A stretch of 64,000 nt of DNA from Phoronis australis (Eukaryota > Animalia > Phoronida), in assembly GCA_002633005.1 (NCBI GenBank), contig NMRA01000707.1, positions 121,558 to 185,557 on the forward strand, written 5' to 3'. Below the pieces are notes generated by a model. It searched no databases. It was not told the DNA's origin and worked only from the letters and a program-made list of their open reading frames with translations. Shown piece by piece: positions 12,481 through 26,000 of this stretch. The position numbers and the translations under genes are program-made. Position 1 is the stretch's first letter. The number at the start of each line of letters is the position of its first letter.

Positions 12481-14724
12481 GTTTAAATCGGCTTACATAT
12501 CACGTATCTCGATATAATAACCCACAGTTATATGTATCATCACTTACGTTATATAACATATAATGTAATTAACAACAAATTTCAATAAATCACAACAACT
12601 AAGCTGTCATTTTCAGTAATTGATTGTTAACGGACAAGGATTGAACTTATGGCGCTGAACTGATCTCGTGAGGTTGTTTCATTGGCTGCCGCACAATTCC
12701 ACGGTCTCGTCGCTTAAATTGATTGAATGGTAGCACAGAGAATTTAGAGGCAGACCCTACTTTATATCCGACTGATGTCTTTGCAATTGGCTAAATTATC
12801 GATTTAATTTTCTGTGTATTGTTAAGTGACATTTTGGGCCATGTTAAATAAGCTAAAGTCATAAAGTGAAGCTGAACAGTTCATGCTTGACGTCAGTGAC
12901 GGTGCAGTCTCGTCTACTGCCCAGTCTCACATGTACATGTAGGTTCCATGCTTGGTTAGCGCGACCACCTACGACCAAGGATTAGTAAGCGTACAACCAG
13001 GGATGTTTGTAGAATTACCAATGTGCGAATTCTACCCTTTGACAGTGTTCACATTTCGGTATCATAGATCTCAGCTCATGGCCTTGATCGCAAATCATAT
13101 TTGGTAGACAGGGGCGGATCCAGGATTTTGAGTTGGGGTAGGGGGGGGTGAGGGCAGGGAAGACATTTGCACCCCCGAGCTGCCAAGCTCAAACAGTACA
13201 TTCTGTTCCTCGAGCAATTCTTTGGGAAATTACCTTTGACACCCCGAACTCAAAATCTATAATTGAGGGTAGGCACATGTAAGCTTGATCTCCAACTGAT
13301 TCCAAACTGACCCGGATGCTTTCCACAAACAGCCAATTCGATAGCAAACGGTGGTAAGCAATCCCACTATGGCAAAATTCAGCTCCCTCTCCGTCTGCAG
13401 TGAATGGGACGAGGCCTGATTTAACGTGTTTCAGAAGATCTGTTATCGACTTATTAGATTTAGCTAATGTTTCAACTGCTTGCTGGTTTGGGTATTCCAT
13501 TAAAGTCCCACTAACCAGATTAACATAAAGATTTCGGTGAACACTGACTGCTTCATCTTCCTCGGCAGCCATTTTTCATTTGGTGACATCAGTGGTACTT
13601 GAACTGCAGGACTTCTTAGGAAAATGATAATTCACAGGAAAACCAAATATTTTAATTTTATTACATTCTATGTACTATGAAATGAACAAATTTTTTGAAA
13701 AACAATTTTGAGCACTTTAGATATCAAGACTGAGGATTTTAACTGATAAGTTGTGCCTGCTGCAAGTGTTCCCTTTGTCTGAGGTGCCTGTAAACATTGG
13801 CTCATTGCTGTATGTAGACATAAAGTACCGTCGGTAGCTTTGGAGACATATGTCGATCATAAAACTATCTATTTTACTAAGACCGTCAAACTTACAAATA
13901 AGTTTCAGAGTCTAAAATTAGGCTTCAGCTGAGATTCGCACGCTCAAATTGGGTAAGTTTTCTGTGTTTTTGCTTCTTTGACCCCGTTATCCTCATAAAT
14001 TTTAGCAATTCCAATTTCTATTTCTTATTATTACTGTGACCATGGATGACTTAATCTCAAACACAAACTATTTCACTGTCCAACAGCTTCTATATTTTTA
14101 CAATACCACAAAAATGAGATTTGGTGTTAAAATTTGACTGTTGTGACGGACTTTAAAGCAACTTGTCAGAGTAGGAAGTGTTGAAACTACATTTTAGTAA
14201 TATAAAATATGAAAGTAAACTGCAGCGCATAGTATGATCAAAAATCCGTGACATAGGGTATATCACCCATTTATGGCTTTTCTCTGGTCTGAATATTGCT
14301 CTGGAAACTGTCTTATTTTCTCTTCGGAATGTGTGAATGGATGAGCTTATGAAAACTTGCGTTTATTGCACTGTAATCATGATATGAATAAAATAATGAA
14401 AAGAAAATTATAAGAGATTGCGGTTCTATTATGGGTGTGCGGTCTGTATTCGTCTTTTATCCGTTTAATTCATAAAGCGTACTTAGTCGGCACGCATCTG
14501 TTTGCAAATTTTATAATGAACATGTCACGGTTTGCTCCGTGGATGGGCGGACACAGGTTATCGCTGACCGGTGTTTAGTAGCTTTCGGTGCGACGATAGA
14601 CTGAAGACTGGTTCGAGTTGATCACTTTATTACTTTCGGCCTCACGTACTCAAGTCTACTCAGAAAAAACGTACTACGACGTAATATCTGATCTATGCTC
14701 CAGCTAGTGCTGCAAAACTTTGAC

Positions 14725-14874
14725 CAGGGGGCCATCCAGAATTTTGAGTTGGGGGTCGGGGCACAGTATCAGCCAGTATTTTGCACGTCAGACATTTACA
14801 CCCCGACGTTCCAAATTCAATCAGAGAATTGTAGGGGGCATGGCCCTCTTGGCCCTTTTCTAAATCCGCTACTG
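14725..14874. mobile_element. hAT-like MITE; truncated relative at 13109-13206 and related termini at 33580-33793
   Basis: cagggggccatccagaattttgagttgggg...ctaaatccgctactg. The 13109 copy shares caggggcggatccaggattttgagttgggg and agacattt.cacccc. Confidence 0.6.
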
Positions 14875-15838
14875 GTAAATCGTTGCAGGTATTCTGCTGC
14901 GGAATCCCTACGAGCTAAGTAACTGACGTCATTACTGGGATTTCAAAATTGGACGCCGTATTGGCCTAGTCACTGGAAATCGTTTGTTTATGTTAAATAC
15001 ATTTAATGCATTTATTTTCATTTGAGTGCAAAGTAGCCCGTTTCGATCAACTGCGTATCGCTTAACAACTGGCTCGCACTTGACAATTTGCATGAAAAAT
15101 CAGGTGGTTTTTTTCACTCTGAAAAAAATCATGAATCACCATGTGACAAACGTAAACTCTAGAAAACTAGCCAAGGTCATGTGAACAATAAAAAATGCAA
15201 ATAATAAATGGAAAACAAAACGTGTTAAAAATTAATTTTCCTAAGTGCATTCCGTGATACCTAGCCGTGTTATTGTCTACTTAAGATTTTTTGCCGGCCA
15301 TCAATAACAATAGACTCATCTTGTTTCTAGTGTATAGCCGGAGACGACGAGAGCCTATTAAATTCACTGACGATAATAAATGGCTAGTTCAAAAAACCGA
15401 TAGAGTTCACATCTGCTTTAGCTTGTTTATTACTTCACCTTTGATAAAAAATTAATCAAAGTAACGGTGTTGATATACCACGAACCCAGTTTAACAAAAT
15501 CAGGGCATGTAATTACTTGCTTTGAACTTTCTTTTTAGAACCTGTGGAATTGAAAAGAATAAATTTTAATGAAAGATATTGTTACGCCGTACCTGTGCAG
15601 CTCTCGCATTACACACAACACAAGTCGGGGCTGAACTCGAAAGATATGCCAGTGTAGGGGGTCAAAGGGGGGCAACGTGACTAAAGTGTTATCAAAATAA
15701 AATGTGTTGAACAATTCTGATTTAAAAATGAACGTATGAACGTGCCATGGAAGTGTCTTAGCGCACTGACCTTACCGAACACTACGTCCACACTCAATAT
15801 TTAATATCCTACGAAACAAAGGATGTAAACAATATCTC

Positions 15839-16026
15839 CAGTCCCGGGACCCAATTCTAGGCTGGGCCACACCTCCAGTCCGCATCTGGAGTTCATATGC
15901 AAGCCATAAGAGTCTGCGGGTTCTCGGGAGCTGGAATGATCGTCCTGCGTGGGCGTTTAGGTTAGAGATGCGGGTCGACTCGGAGAAATTTGTACCGCTG
16001 GTTCGGTGTCTCTTGTCCCGGGACTG
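15839..16026. mobile_element. 188-bp MITE with CAGT...ACTG termini (Tc1/mariner-like)
   Basis: Perfect 12-bp TIR CAGTCCCGGGAC / GTCCCGGGACTG; TA on the right, TC on the left; internal inverted ccgcatct/agatgcgg. Confidence 0.55.
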
Positions 16027-17771
16027 TAGGCATAGTCGTTTAAAGGGCCACAGCTGGAATGTTAGTGAAAGAGGAACACATGGCGATGTTACCAGATTAA
16101 GCGTACATTGCAACCTAGCTTTAGCACTTGAACACACGTTTAATTGGTTTTCAAGAGTGGATAAGGTACTAACCTGAGCCACTGTTGTTTTGCCTCATGA
16201 GACGCCTTTGTTTAGAAGTTCAATGAAATATGCGCAACCTGAGCTTCGTCGTCATAGAGGGAAGAGGATTTGTGACTCGTTCGAGTGTTTTTTGGTGATA
16301 ACTAGGCAGTCCCAGGCCACAAACTTAATCCGGTACCAAATCCTAACCCCTCCTAGCGAATGGTTGACACACTTCGTCAGTAATTATATAAAGATGGACA
16401 TCATCAGCTCCTTCGAATCAGGCTGTTCACAAGTATTTTGGAATGTTGGACTTCTTGGCGCGAAAAACTTAATTACTACCCGTCTGTATAACAGTTGTTA
16501 TCTGACCATATTTTTATTGCAGAAACCCCAAGAGCTCTGAATCGACGTAGATCATTAATTGCAGGTGGCACTGCGAGTTGTCCACCAAGTCCCCTATCGC
16601 CATCTAGCGAGAAAACATATTTCTTTGCCAGTCCGCTGCATCGGAAATGTATTTGTATTGAGTGACAAGTGAGTTAATAATTTAGTTTCGTTAAACGTTT
16701 CAGGAGGAACTGTCGCTCTTTGAGATTATTTTGTTCACTGAGGTGTTTTAGAACAGGATACTGATTGTCAGCAACAGCAAGAGTGGAAAAGAAATTGTTT
16801 GAACGCAAAAAGTTTTCACGATTAATAATTCAACGATATTCACTTGCGCTCTTTGTATCGTTGACGGTCGTTGGCACCGCAACAAAAAAGGAAAAAAGAC
16901 GACCAAGAGACATAACAAAAATTATCAACAAAATGAGGTTTTTGAGTGAACTTACTCTAATTTTGCTATTAACTTGGATCCCGTTTTGTACTTTTCATAA
17001 AGTCATTTGCAAAACACCTGGGAAGTTTGCTGTAATTCCCGATAAACGTGGCTTAGGAAATGATGTTCTTGAACAAGTCGGACATGTTGCTCTATTCGGA
17101 TAGGAATATTGCATGGTGCCCAAGCGGCGCATTGTACTTCCACGATTAGAGAGCGTTTAGCGAGCAGACATGCATATGTAGCCGTACCCAAATTTCTCCT
17201 AAGAAAACTTTCGTACTGACGATCAGATTCGAACGAAAGGCGTGTGCTCCAGATTCTTCTACATGTAAATACTCAAATTGATTTTACATCGATGTAACAA
17301 CGAACTCTTTGACGATCATTAAGATATTGAAGGTTACATTTAATGTAATCTCATCAGGTTAACTCAAGTGAAACCTTTGTGACATGGAACTTTACTGTTG
17401 GTATCAATGAATAAGAATCCATGACAACATCGGAAGTGCGCATGTTCAATTTAGATGTACATGTGGTAAAGCTCATCAACGGACTTGCTCCGTCTGCTCT
17501 GTCGCAACACGTTTTAAGAATAGAAGGTCGCGAGACAGTGTACATGTATATGCTTTACTCATGAAGAGGAGTCTACACGTAAGCAGAAGGTTGGTGTAGT
17601 CGGATATGGATAAATTTACATGTACAGTACACTCGGCTATAAACCAGACATTCACCACAGAAACCAACTTATTATTTACACAATTTACCGTTGTCAAATT
17701 GGTTTCAAGCTGCTCCTTAGTCAAAGTACATGTGACTTTTTGGGCTACAGTGGAAATAGGTTGCTTTACAC

Positions 17772-18110
17772 CAGGGAGACCGGAGTCTAATCACTGTACT
17801 CGAAAACGCACTCAAAATTATTTTTCTCGTACCGTGGTTAACTTTTCATGTCCGATGACTCCAACATCAACGCTGTAAGTTCGAGTCAGAACTCGAAATG
17901 CTGTGTTTTCACTCGAAATCTCACGCCTTTACTCAATTTTGTAACTTGCAACTAGAGACCATTAAGTGTGAACACGGAGTAGATAGTTATTGGCAACAAA
18001 CATCATTCCTTTGATGAAACCCGGGTAAAGTTGCCTTAGGTGCTTTTTAAAATGACCCTTTATTGCAACTGTTTGGAGTTTCAGTGTGAAGCTGGGATTT
18101 GAGTACCACA
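17772..18110 (+). repeat. Diverged copy of MITE family C
   Basis: caggg..ggagtctaatc..tgtactcgaaaa, aagttcgagt..gaactcgaaat and cattaagtg are collinear with 43514-43995. Confidence 0.6.
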
Positions 18111-19894
18111 ACTCTAATTTCTAGCAACGTTATTAATACCATGCAAGTTTACGCTAGCTTTTCGATTACGTTTGCGATCATAGACTATTTTCAGATGTCT
18201 TTCTACCTTATTGGCGCACCTTAGCAAAGTTTGGCCGCCATAGAAGATATTGGGCATAGGGATATAAATAATGAATAATAAATAAAGCTCACCATTTCTG
18301 TTCCAATAAACCAAATCTCGGTTGCAAACGTATCGCAATTACATGTACATGTACCTGTAGCTTGGCGAAACGCGACCCATTGTTATCATATTGAAAATGG
18401 GTGTCACAAAACTTGTCAGTTTTGGGTTCGTTCGTTCACGAGATTCATTTTTAAAGCTTCGGTTAGCACTGTTTAACAAGTTAAAAACTGAAACCGATTT
18501 ATTTTCCCTCATAAAATCAGTTTTGCAATACTCCATTTGGTTGTAGAATTCTATATCCGTTATCAACACAAGTTATAGTCATTTAGGAATTCGCAATTTT
18601 AGGGTTGGCCATTACCCATACCAAATGACGTCGTACGGATTTCGCAAACTATTGTTTTACTTGCGAGATCCATACGACGGGCGTAAGCTCGTCGCATGCC
18701 CATCGCCTATGGGACGCTAACATTGTTTTACTTTATTACGTCTTCGTTGGATATAACAACAGGTCCCACGGACATCGTATCTTGAGCGCCCATCAGCCGG
18801 TTACCGAAAAATGCTTACCACTATCTTTATTATAAGAAAGAAAAACAAAGTGAACAATAGATACATGTACGTCCAAATACCGATACTATTCGAGGAGCTA
18901 GTTTGTCGTGGGAACCTAATCAAATTCGGAGCATTTTCTTGATATTCTGATGCTTTCGATATTCTTGGTGATAAATAATTAGAATCCTATCACGGCAAAG
19001 AATATTACCAGATCGATTTAATGAGAGTAAAATGCCTTATTCGATTGTTATTTTTAGCCACTAAACCGGGCAAAATGTTGCTTTAAAGTGCGATTCGTGT
19101 TTGAAATGTATTTGACCACAAAGCAAAGAAAAAAAACATCAATATTCATAGTCGACGTTTTAATTTAATTCCATTATCGTAATTGGGAAAATATCTCTTG
19201 AACAACCCGAACGCGACGTCATGAAAGGATTGGTTGGACGAGGCCTGAATGTTGAACTGGATTACAAGAGTAAACTCGTAGACAAGCCAAAAAGTTTTGC
19301 GTCGCAAGTCTCGTGAGTGCCTCGCGTTTACGGAATGTAGCCCAGATAAGTTGTGTATCTTGGCCATTTCATTCTTCGCTCGGTGAGGACCAAACCGTCA
19401 CATACTTCCACGGCAGCGCCATATCACTGAATCGACGTCTTTTCGGACATCGTTCCTGATGATAATTTCGTGATTGACGACAAATGCTTCTGGGTTTTAA
19501 CATTATTTGTCTTCGTCTCAGTACCACACTTCCAGTACGCACAGACACAATTTTCACGCTGTTTACGCATAGAAATCCTTGAACGTGATTAACAACGATC
19601 TAGAAAACAACTAGATATCCATCATCGAGTTTTAGTGTCCATGTCACTAAAGTAGTTCTCACACCCATCTCAAAAAAATATTCGGAACCGATTATGTGTT
19701 ATAGCCAACGATCTTAGTAAGAATAACAACGACGGCAGTGTCGCAATTGAGACATGTTTTTACCAAAGCAGTTTGTTTTCACTCGCCCTCAGCCCGTTTT
19801 GTAAACTGAAGGCGGTATCCCGCTGTTCTGAGAATGAGCTTGTTATATATTAGGAGGCAGGGCCTTATCACAAGTATATATGTACTTGGCGTGC

Positions 19895-20180
19895 GTTCAG
19901 TTGACGCTAGGACATACGGTACGATCTAGCTAAGACCTAGTCAAAGTCACGTGCTCTCATTTAAAATGCAAGGCAATATCTCACGTAATCTCGCGAAGTC
20001 TTGCTTTTTAGCGAGGTCCTAGCTTTACTGAACGGGATGCTTTTCAGTTGGCGCTAGGACCTACGGTAGGACCTAGCTAATACCTAGTCAAAGTCACGTG
20101 TTATTATTCAAAATACACGGCAATATCTCACGTAATCTCGCGAAGTCTTGCTTTTTAGCGAGGTCCCAGCGTTACTGAAC
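19895..20180 (+). repeat. Two tandem copies of a ~138-bp MITE (family A)
   Basis: Copies at 19895-20033 and 20042-20180 are highly similar; ends resemble GTTCAGT..CGCTAGGACC ... GGTCC.AGC.TTACTGAAC. Confidence 0.85.
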
Positions 20181-22260
20181 AGGAGGCTGGACTTTGCTGT
20201 TTGGGAAGTAATTTCACCAACCTACTTTGTTCCTGTTTTTGTACAGTTCATGCTCATGTTTGCATTGTATTCTTTTTCGGATTACAATGGAAACAAGACT
20301 CAGAGTATTTGTGCTATCTGCGTTTCCCCCTGTACTTTTATTCACTTTCATTCGTTTTGTAATTTTTCTTCTCTGTAATTGTGTCAGATAAATAAAAGAA
20401 AGGCACGTGGTCGTTGTTTGACAAGTAAACTACTGGAGCGTTCTCTAGAATCAGCCGTATAAGCGTGAAGTGGATCGATAATGAATGTGGATTTAATTGC
20501 TCATGTTTTATTGTTCCGTTTATAATGAAACTATCTATATGTATCTAAATAACACGGTAGATCATCGTCATGATATCGATTCCGGCCGTGTACGTTCGCA
20601 GGGTTCAAGGTGTGCCTAGTGGCTGAAGCCAGTCAAATTCTTTGCCTTCCTGATTATGAGGTCGGTTGCAAGCACAACCCGTCCGCATACCTCCTCAGCA
20701 ATCAATCCCTAAACTCGTATTACTGCACCCATGCACAGAAGTTGAGTTCCAAGACAAGGTACATGTATCCGAAAGCCCTGATTAGACACTCTGACTGCTG
20801 AAAACACGTCCGTGCACAATTGGTATTATTTTGAGAACGCTGTGACATTCAGAAGCCAGACCTTCAAAACAAAATCACATTTACTCATATTCCTTGCTAT
20901 CCATGTTGGATTTGAAGTATGGCGAGCTGGCCACGAACTAGTCAGGAAGTGCACCCTAGAGGTGATAAATTTATAGCCTCAATTCAAAAATAACCAATTA
21001 TACTTGTCAGCTTTAAATTGGCACAGTGCGTTCCTGTGTCCACATTTTTCCAATGCGACCATCAAGAATGTTCACTGGCTCGTATTACACTTAGAGAAAA
21101 GACGCTCATTTCGATGACAGGCCAACTATTACAAGTGTTTTTTCAATATTGCTCAGTGATTTAAACTTGAGCTGATCGCAAGACATCCTCACGTCAAAAT
21201 CCGCCAAAAAGAACTGACGCGAGTAGAAGAGTAAAATGTTGCTGTTACCATAAGAGATCTACCGCTGGTAACTTGTTGAAGAGCTCCACCTGTTATTGAC
21301 GAATTAATAGCCTCAAACCCAGAGATACCTAATCTATTAAACGATCGACACGTTTTCCAGTTTGAGATTGACAGTTTCCAGTGTTCAGGACTGAATTGTG
21401 AATAGGTTTTTTTTCTTTTTCCTTATTTCTTACGGCTATTCAGGACATGAACCACACTCAAAACAGCATTTTAGCGCAGGAGGTTCACAGCAATGGACAT
21501 CTCCTCAGGCACCTTTCGAACGATGAGTTCTTTTTCCATCAAAAAGGTTAATACTCAAACCACGGGGTGTTTTTGAGAGATAAACCATTGTTGTTTCTGA
21601 GAGAAACAACATCCATTTCGCTACAGGACAGTTCACGAGGGTCCTGCCATACCGAAGTCAGTAAAGACAAAATCGACCAAACGCAAACTCCGTAAGCGTA
21701 CACGACGAGCTAAGGTGGTTGTAAATCTACCAGGAGCACGAGAGCAAGCTACCGCGGGCACTAGAGTGGATTTTAATTGCACTTATTATCACGCGGTTCA
21801 GGGCATTAGGACATGTCGTGCATGACCAAGGTTGACTTGAAATAACTATCTGCGTTTACACACACAGCAAGAAACCGGCCAACGGAACTGGGGTAAGATA
21901 AGAATTAGTCACGTCGCACATCCATCGAACACTACGGGTAACTCGATAGAATTCTGCCCCCGATGCGTTTGTACGTATTAACACCATTTTACATGTACAT
22001 ATCTACAACAAAGATCCGTTTTATCTCACGTATCGAAAGACCCCCGCCGTGAGATCTCGCGATATGTCACAAGTACTTAATCACAGCAGCAGAAACGGTG
22101 GTATTAACGTTTCCACAGCAATCTCAGTCATTTAACGAGTCACGTGTTACCAATCGGATGCGTTACTTGCGTGGATAGCTTTTAGTGCAATGGCTGAAAT
22201 GGAAAGAGTGTGCAAGAATACGACAGAAACAATTTCCGCTGGGCAATGGTCCAGGCGTGC

Positions 22261-22378
22261 TTTCAGTAACACTAGGACCTACGCTAGGACCTAGCAAAAT
22301 CTTGCAAAGTTAAGTGATCTCATTTAAAATACACGGCAATATCTCACGCAATCTCGCCAAGTCCTACCGTTACTGAAC
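22261..22378 (+). repeat. MITE family A copy
   Basis: ttcagtaacactaggacc...ctcatttaaaatacacggcaatatctcacg...gttactgaac. Confidence 0.8.
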
Positions 22379-23000
22379 GGGAGGCAGGTTTATAACTAAA
22401 TGCCGTTGTCACGATTGCAGTAAACCGTGGGGAGTATGTTTCCGTATCATGGGGTGGGTTGGAAGTGTCACAAACACTAACATCCACACACCAACGCAAA
22501 ACACCCGGATAAAAGGGAAGTGGATACCCTAGACCTGCAACATCATCAAGTCACCTTTCGCCACTTTAAAACCTCGACCATCGTCGATTTCGCCGTTCAC
22601 CCACCAGAGACACTACGGGACCTAAGTCCAAATACCACACCAACACAGTATCGCCAGTTAAAAGTCAAGATAGTTTGACAACAAAGTAAAGGACAGGGTA
22701 CATCCGAGCTATTCTGCGGTATTTTTGACGGGCAATGCAGCTGAAAAATTTTCAATATTCCAACCATTCGAAAAGTGAACATGGCAATAAGAGACCCACT
22801 TGAAGGGAGCCTCCATGAAAACCCCGCCTTTAGAGTTGCATGTATGTTTCAGAAGCACCAACCATTTGTGGGGCTTGATTCTTTTAACCTGAACATTCCA
22901 CAGGTTTTCGTGGACAGATGGATTTTTAAACAGTTTAGCTTTATAAAGAAGAAAAGAATATGCCATTTAAAGAAGTACAATCAATGAACGAATGACGTAA

Positions 23001-23004
<4 letters not shown>

Positions 23005-23033
<29 letters not shown>
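23005..23033. repeat. (TTTA)n microsatellite, possibly the (TAAA)n tail of a minus-strand retroposon fragment
   Basis: Direct reading; the adjacent minus-strand sequence gives KYPSKGSFLP, weakly like a CR1 C-terminus. Confidence 0.85.
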
Positions 23034-26000
23034 CCAACGTGGTCCTTCGTGTGTTGTTGGAAAGCAGCCTTATACTTGGCAGTGGTGTGAACTTCTAAAG
23101 TGAACGCTTTTGGAGGGAATTGTGGTGGCAAAAAGGACCCTTTCGAAGGATATTTTGTCAGAAAAGGACCACGTAATAGTGGAATTGGTCGTGAAAATTG
23201 CACAGTTCTAACTGGCACGCTCCGTTATGCCTTTTCATGGGAGTATCCGCGATCAAAGTACCCACGCGCTGAGTCAGCGGCACGTCTCTGCATGGGGGCT
23301 GGCGGCGGTCGGGTACTGCATGTACACCTACATGTACCATGCAAGTTAGTCGGCAACTTGGAGATCGCAACTCCAACTGCCAAATAGTCGAGATACTTTA
23401 ATTTTTGACGCAAGCTACATGTAATCCTTGACAACCGCTCTTGAGACCAACCTGCCTGACCCAAATCACAACGCTGTAGGCCTATCTCGTTGCATTAATT
23501 ATATCCGTTAACAACACCATCCTGTTGTCATAGTCACCTAAAACCTTTCACTTTACCGCTGAGAGCGCTTTTCCTCATAGTAAAGGTTAATTATGTTAAT
23601 TCCGGTATTGAGATGCCACTGAAGTAGCGGCTTACGTAGACGGATATCAGAAAAACAAACCCTCATGAATTCGCGGAGATGCCCACTCGGACGATATAAC
23701 CAAGATTGAGTAACCATGACAACAGCGCGAAGAAGTAACGCTAGAGAAGTCGAAGAAAAGTTCAAGACCTTTTGAATCTTGAGTTATAAATACATGCGTG
23801 TGCATGTATTCGACCCTTAAAATCGACGTTGAAATTAACCTTCTCTACACGTGCCTGAAGAGTTATTTTTTACATTCCTTAAATAACAAAGAACAAAAAT
23901 GAGCAGTTCATGACTGAACTGGGGAAATTTAAAGTTAACTAATCATTACTTGTGTTCACTATGACCAGCTAGCGTTAAGGCGCCCAAGTGGCGACATATA
24001 AAGCTTACAATTATCGGCGAAAGCAGTCCCAATCCTCCAGTGAATTGGTTTGTAATTGCTTGAAACGGATGCCAACTGTATAAAATTATTTTTAGATTAA
24101 CCAGACCCAAAGTTATAATATTTTGAAACATGATACACGCTGTCTTATCAGCTAAAAAGCAGAGAGTAAGCCGCTGCTGGTCGGCAAGCCAGTAGACCTA
24201 AACACAGTGCCTCGAGCATGTTCAACTCGACGTTTCGGTTTCTGACATATTTTATGGATTATGGTGAATTTTATTGCACAGTTTAACACGAGCGTCATTC
24301 CCTTTTCGAACCCTTTGTTTTTCTATGTGCCTGTTATAACGTTCCTGGACCGTGTAGAAAGCGTCACAGGAAGGTAAATATAGTGATATTTGCCTGACGT
24401 CTGTGACTTCGCAAGTTTTAAAAAGTAGGCCTGCGTGGAACTTTAAGGGACTTGCTCGGTTTTACTGAGAATGAAAAAACGGGGCACGTGAAGGAATACG
24501 TTCTCGATGGGTTAACTTTTTGAAGTTATTAACTCGGCCGGAGCTGTAAAACAACATGTTTTTCGTATATTTAATTTAAATCGTCATCCCTCACCATTGG
24601 CTGCCGGTCATTCACATAAGTCAAAGTCGGCGTCTTTCCTAATTCAACACACTTAGGTTGCATACAGTAGGACCGTATCGACATGTTTTTGTGTTTAGCC
24701 AAACATCAACAAAGTTTATATTTTAACTCAGTAAAAGAGCACACTTTCTGAAAATGAAATCCTGTAGAAATTGAGTTTTGGCTTACCAACACTCTATCTT
24801 CAACTACATGCGACCATGTCTTTTTGTTAAAACTTAACAAAAATGTACACCGATAACAAAAAACGGTATCAACAAATTGACCGAATTTCATAAAAATGTT
24901 CGGGATGAAATTTCAAAAATGCTGTTCGAGTTATCTAAGTTATTATTGCTTTTTCGTTTCATCACGTTTGATTTCCGATATTTGAGAATCGTAAAAGCCA
25001 AAGTGGAAAAGCGAAGCATTTTAAAAACAATTCCCTACTGTGTAATGGAGAACGGGCTCCTGGGCATGTGTCGCGTTTGATGGGTTCAGGATGGTAACTT
25101 CTGTGTTAACTTACACACGGATATTTTCGTAGCCTGAAATTACCTCTCTGAAATGAACGTTATCTGCGCATGTGCAAATTTCAGTCATTTTTATGTTAAG
25201 TCATGTGACTGAAACTGTAGAATCTTATGATTGGCCGTGTGACTGAAGCTCGCACATGCGTAGAAAACGTGTGCCTCATACAGGAGGCCGTAGTCATAGG
25301 GGTAGCGGAACAGGAATAGGATGAAGAATAGAGGGAAAAAGAAAAGGATGAATTTTGAAGATAAGATCCAAATTACAGATTGGAAATCATAAACACAGGC
25401 ATTTAAATGTAATATTGAATTGCATTCGGGGGTCACAGTCTGTCTCTTTGCTAAGAATGGATGCTTGCTTTCTGAAGAAGTCGTGTAGCTGCGATCGGTT
25501 GTTTGATTGGCAAATTTGCTTTTGCTACATGTAATACTGTAGACAGTGGCCGCACAAAGATAATATTCAAATCACCGTGTCAATCATGTGGTTCAGTTTA
25601 TCTGTCAAAACGCCACAGAACAGACGACATCTTTAAAGCGTCAGTTGAAATTAAGCGAAATGTCGGACACATATGTATATGTATTTCGTTCGAGTTAATT
25701 TTTTTTGCAAAGTAATACCTGAGTAACCCGCAATTGAAGGATCACCCTAAAGTTTTTCAAAAGTGTTGAGAACACTGGACTTAACCCTTCTCCCAAGAGA
25801 ACATCGGGTGAATTTCCAAAGGCGTTCTTAGGCTATCTTAACGTATGATCCAGCTGACAATCCTTCCCCATAGCATACGTGTACGTTTCGAAAGCTTTAG
25901 CAAATGCGAACAACTATGCTTCTGGTCAACCCTAGTTCATGGGAAAGTATGAAAGCCCAGTTTTAAACCAGATGAACATACATGTATACACGTATGGGGC

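Noticed and set aside
17215-17245. CTGACGA...GAAA resembling a hammerhead ribozyme core
   Set aside because: The intervening bases (tcagattcgaac) do not form stem II and no stems I/III were found. Other CTGANGA sites checked (about 1755, 8015, 16402, 17351, 19456) also lack a proper core.
19895-20180. Tandem palindromic repeats as a CRISPR-like array
   Set aside because: Only two ~138-bp units, no unique spacers, no cas genes, eukaryotic context; these are dispersed MITE copies.
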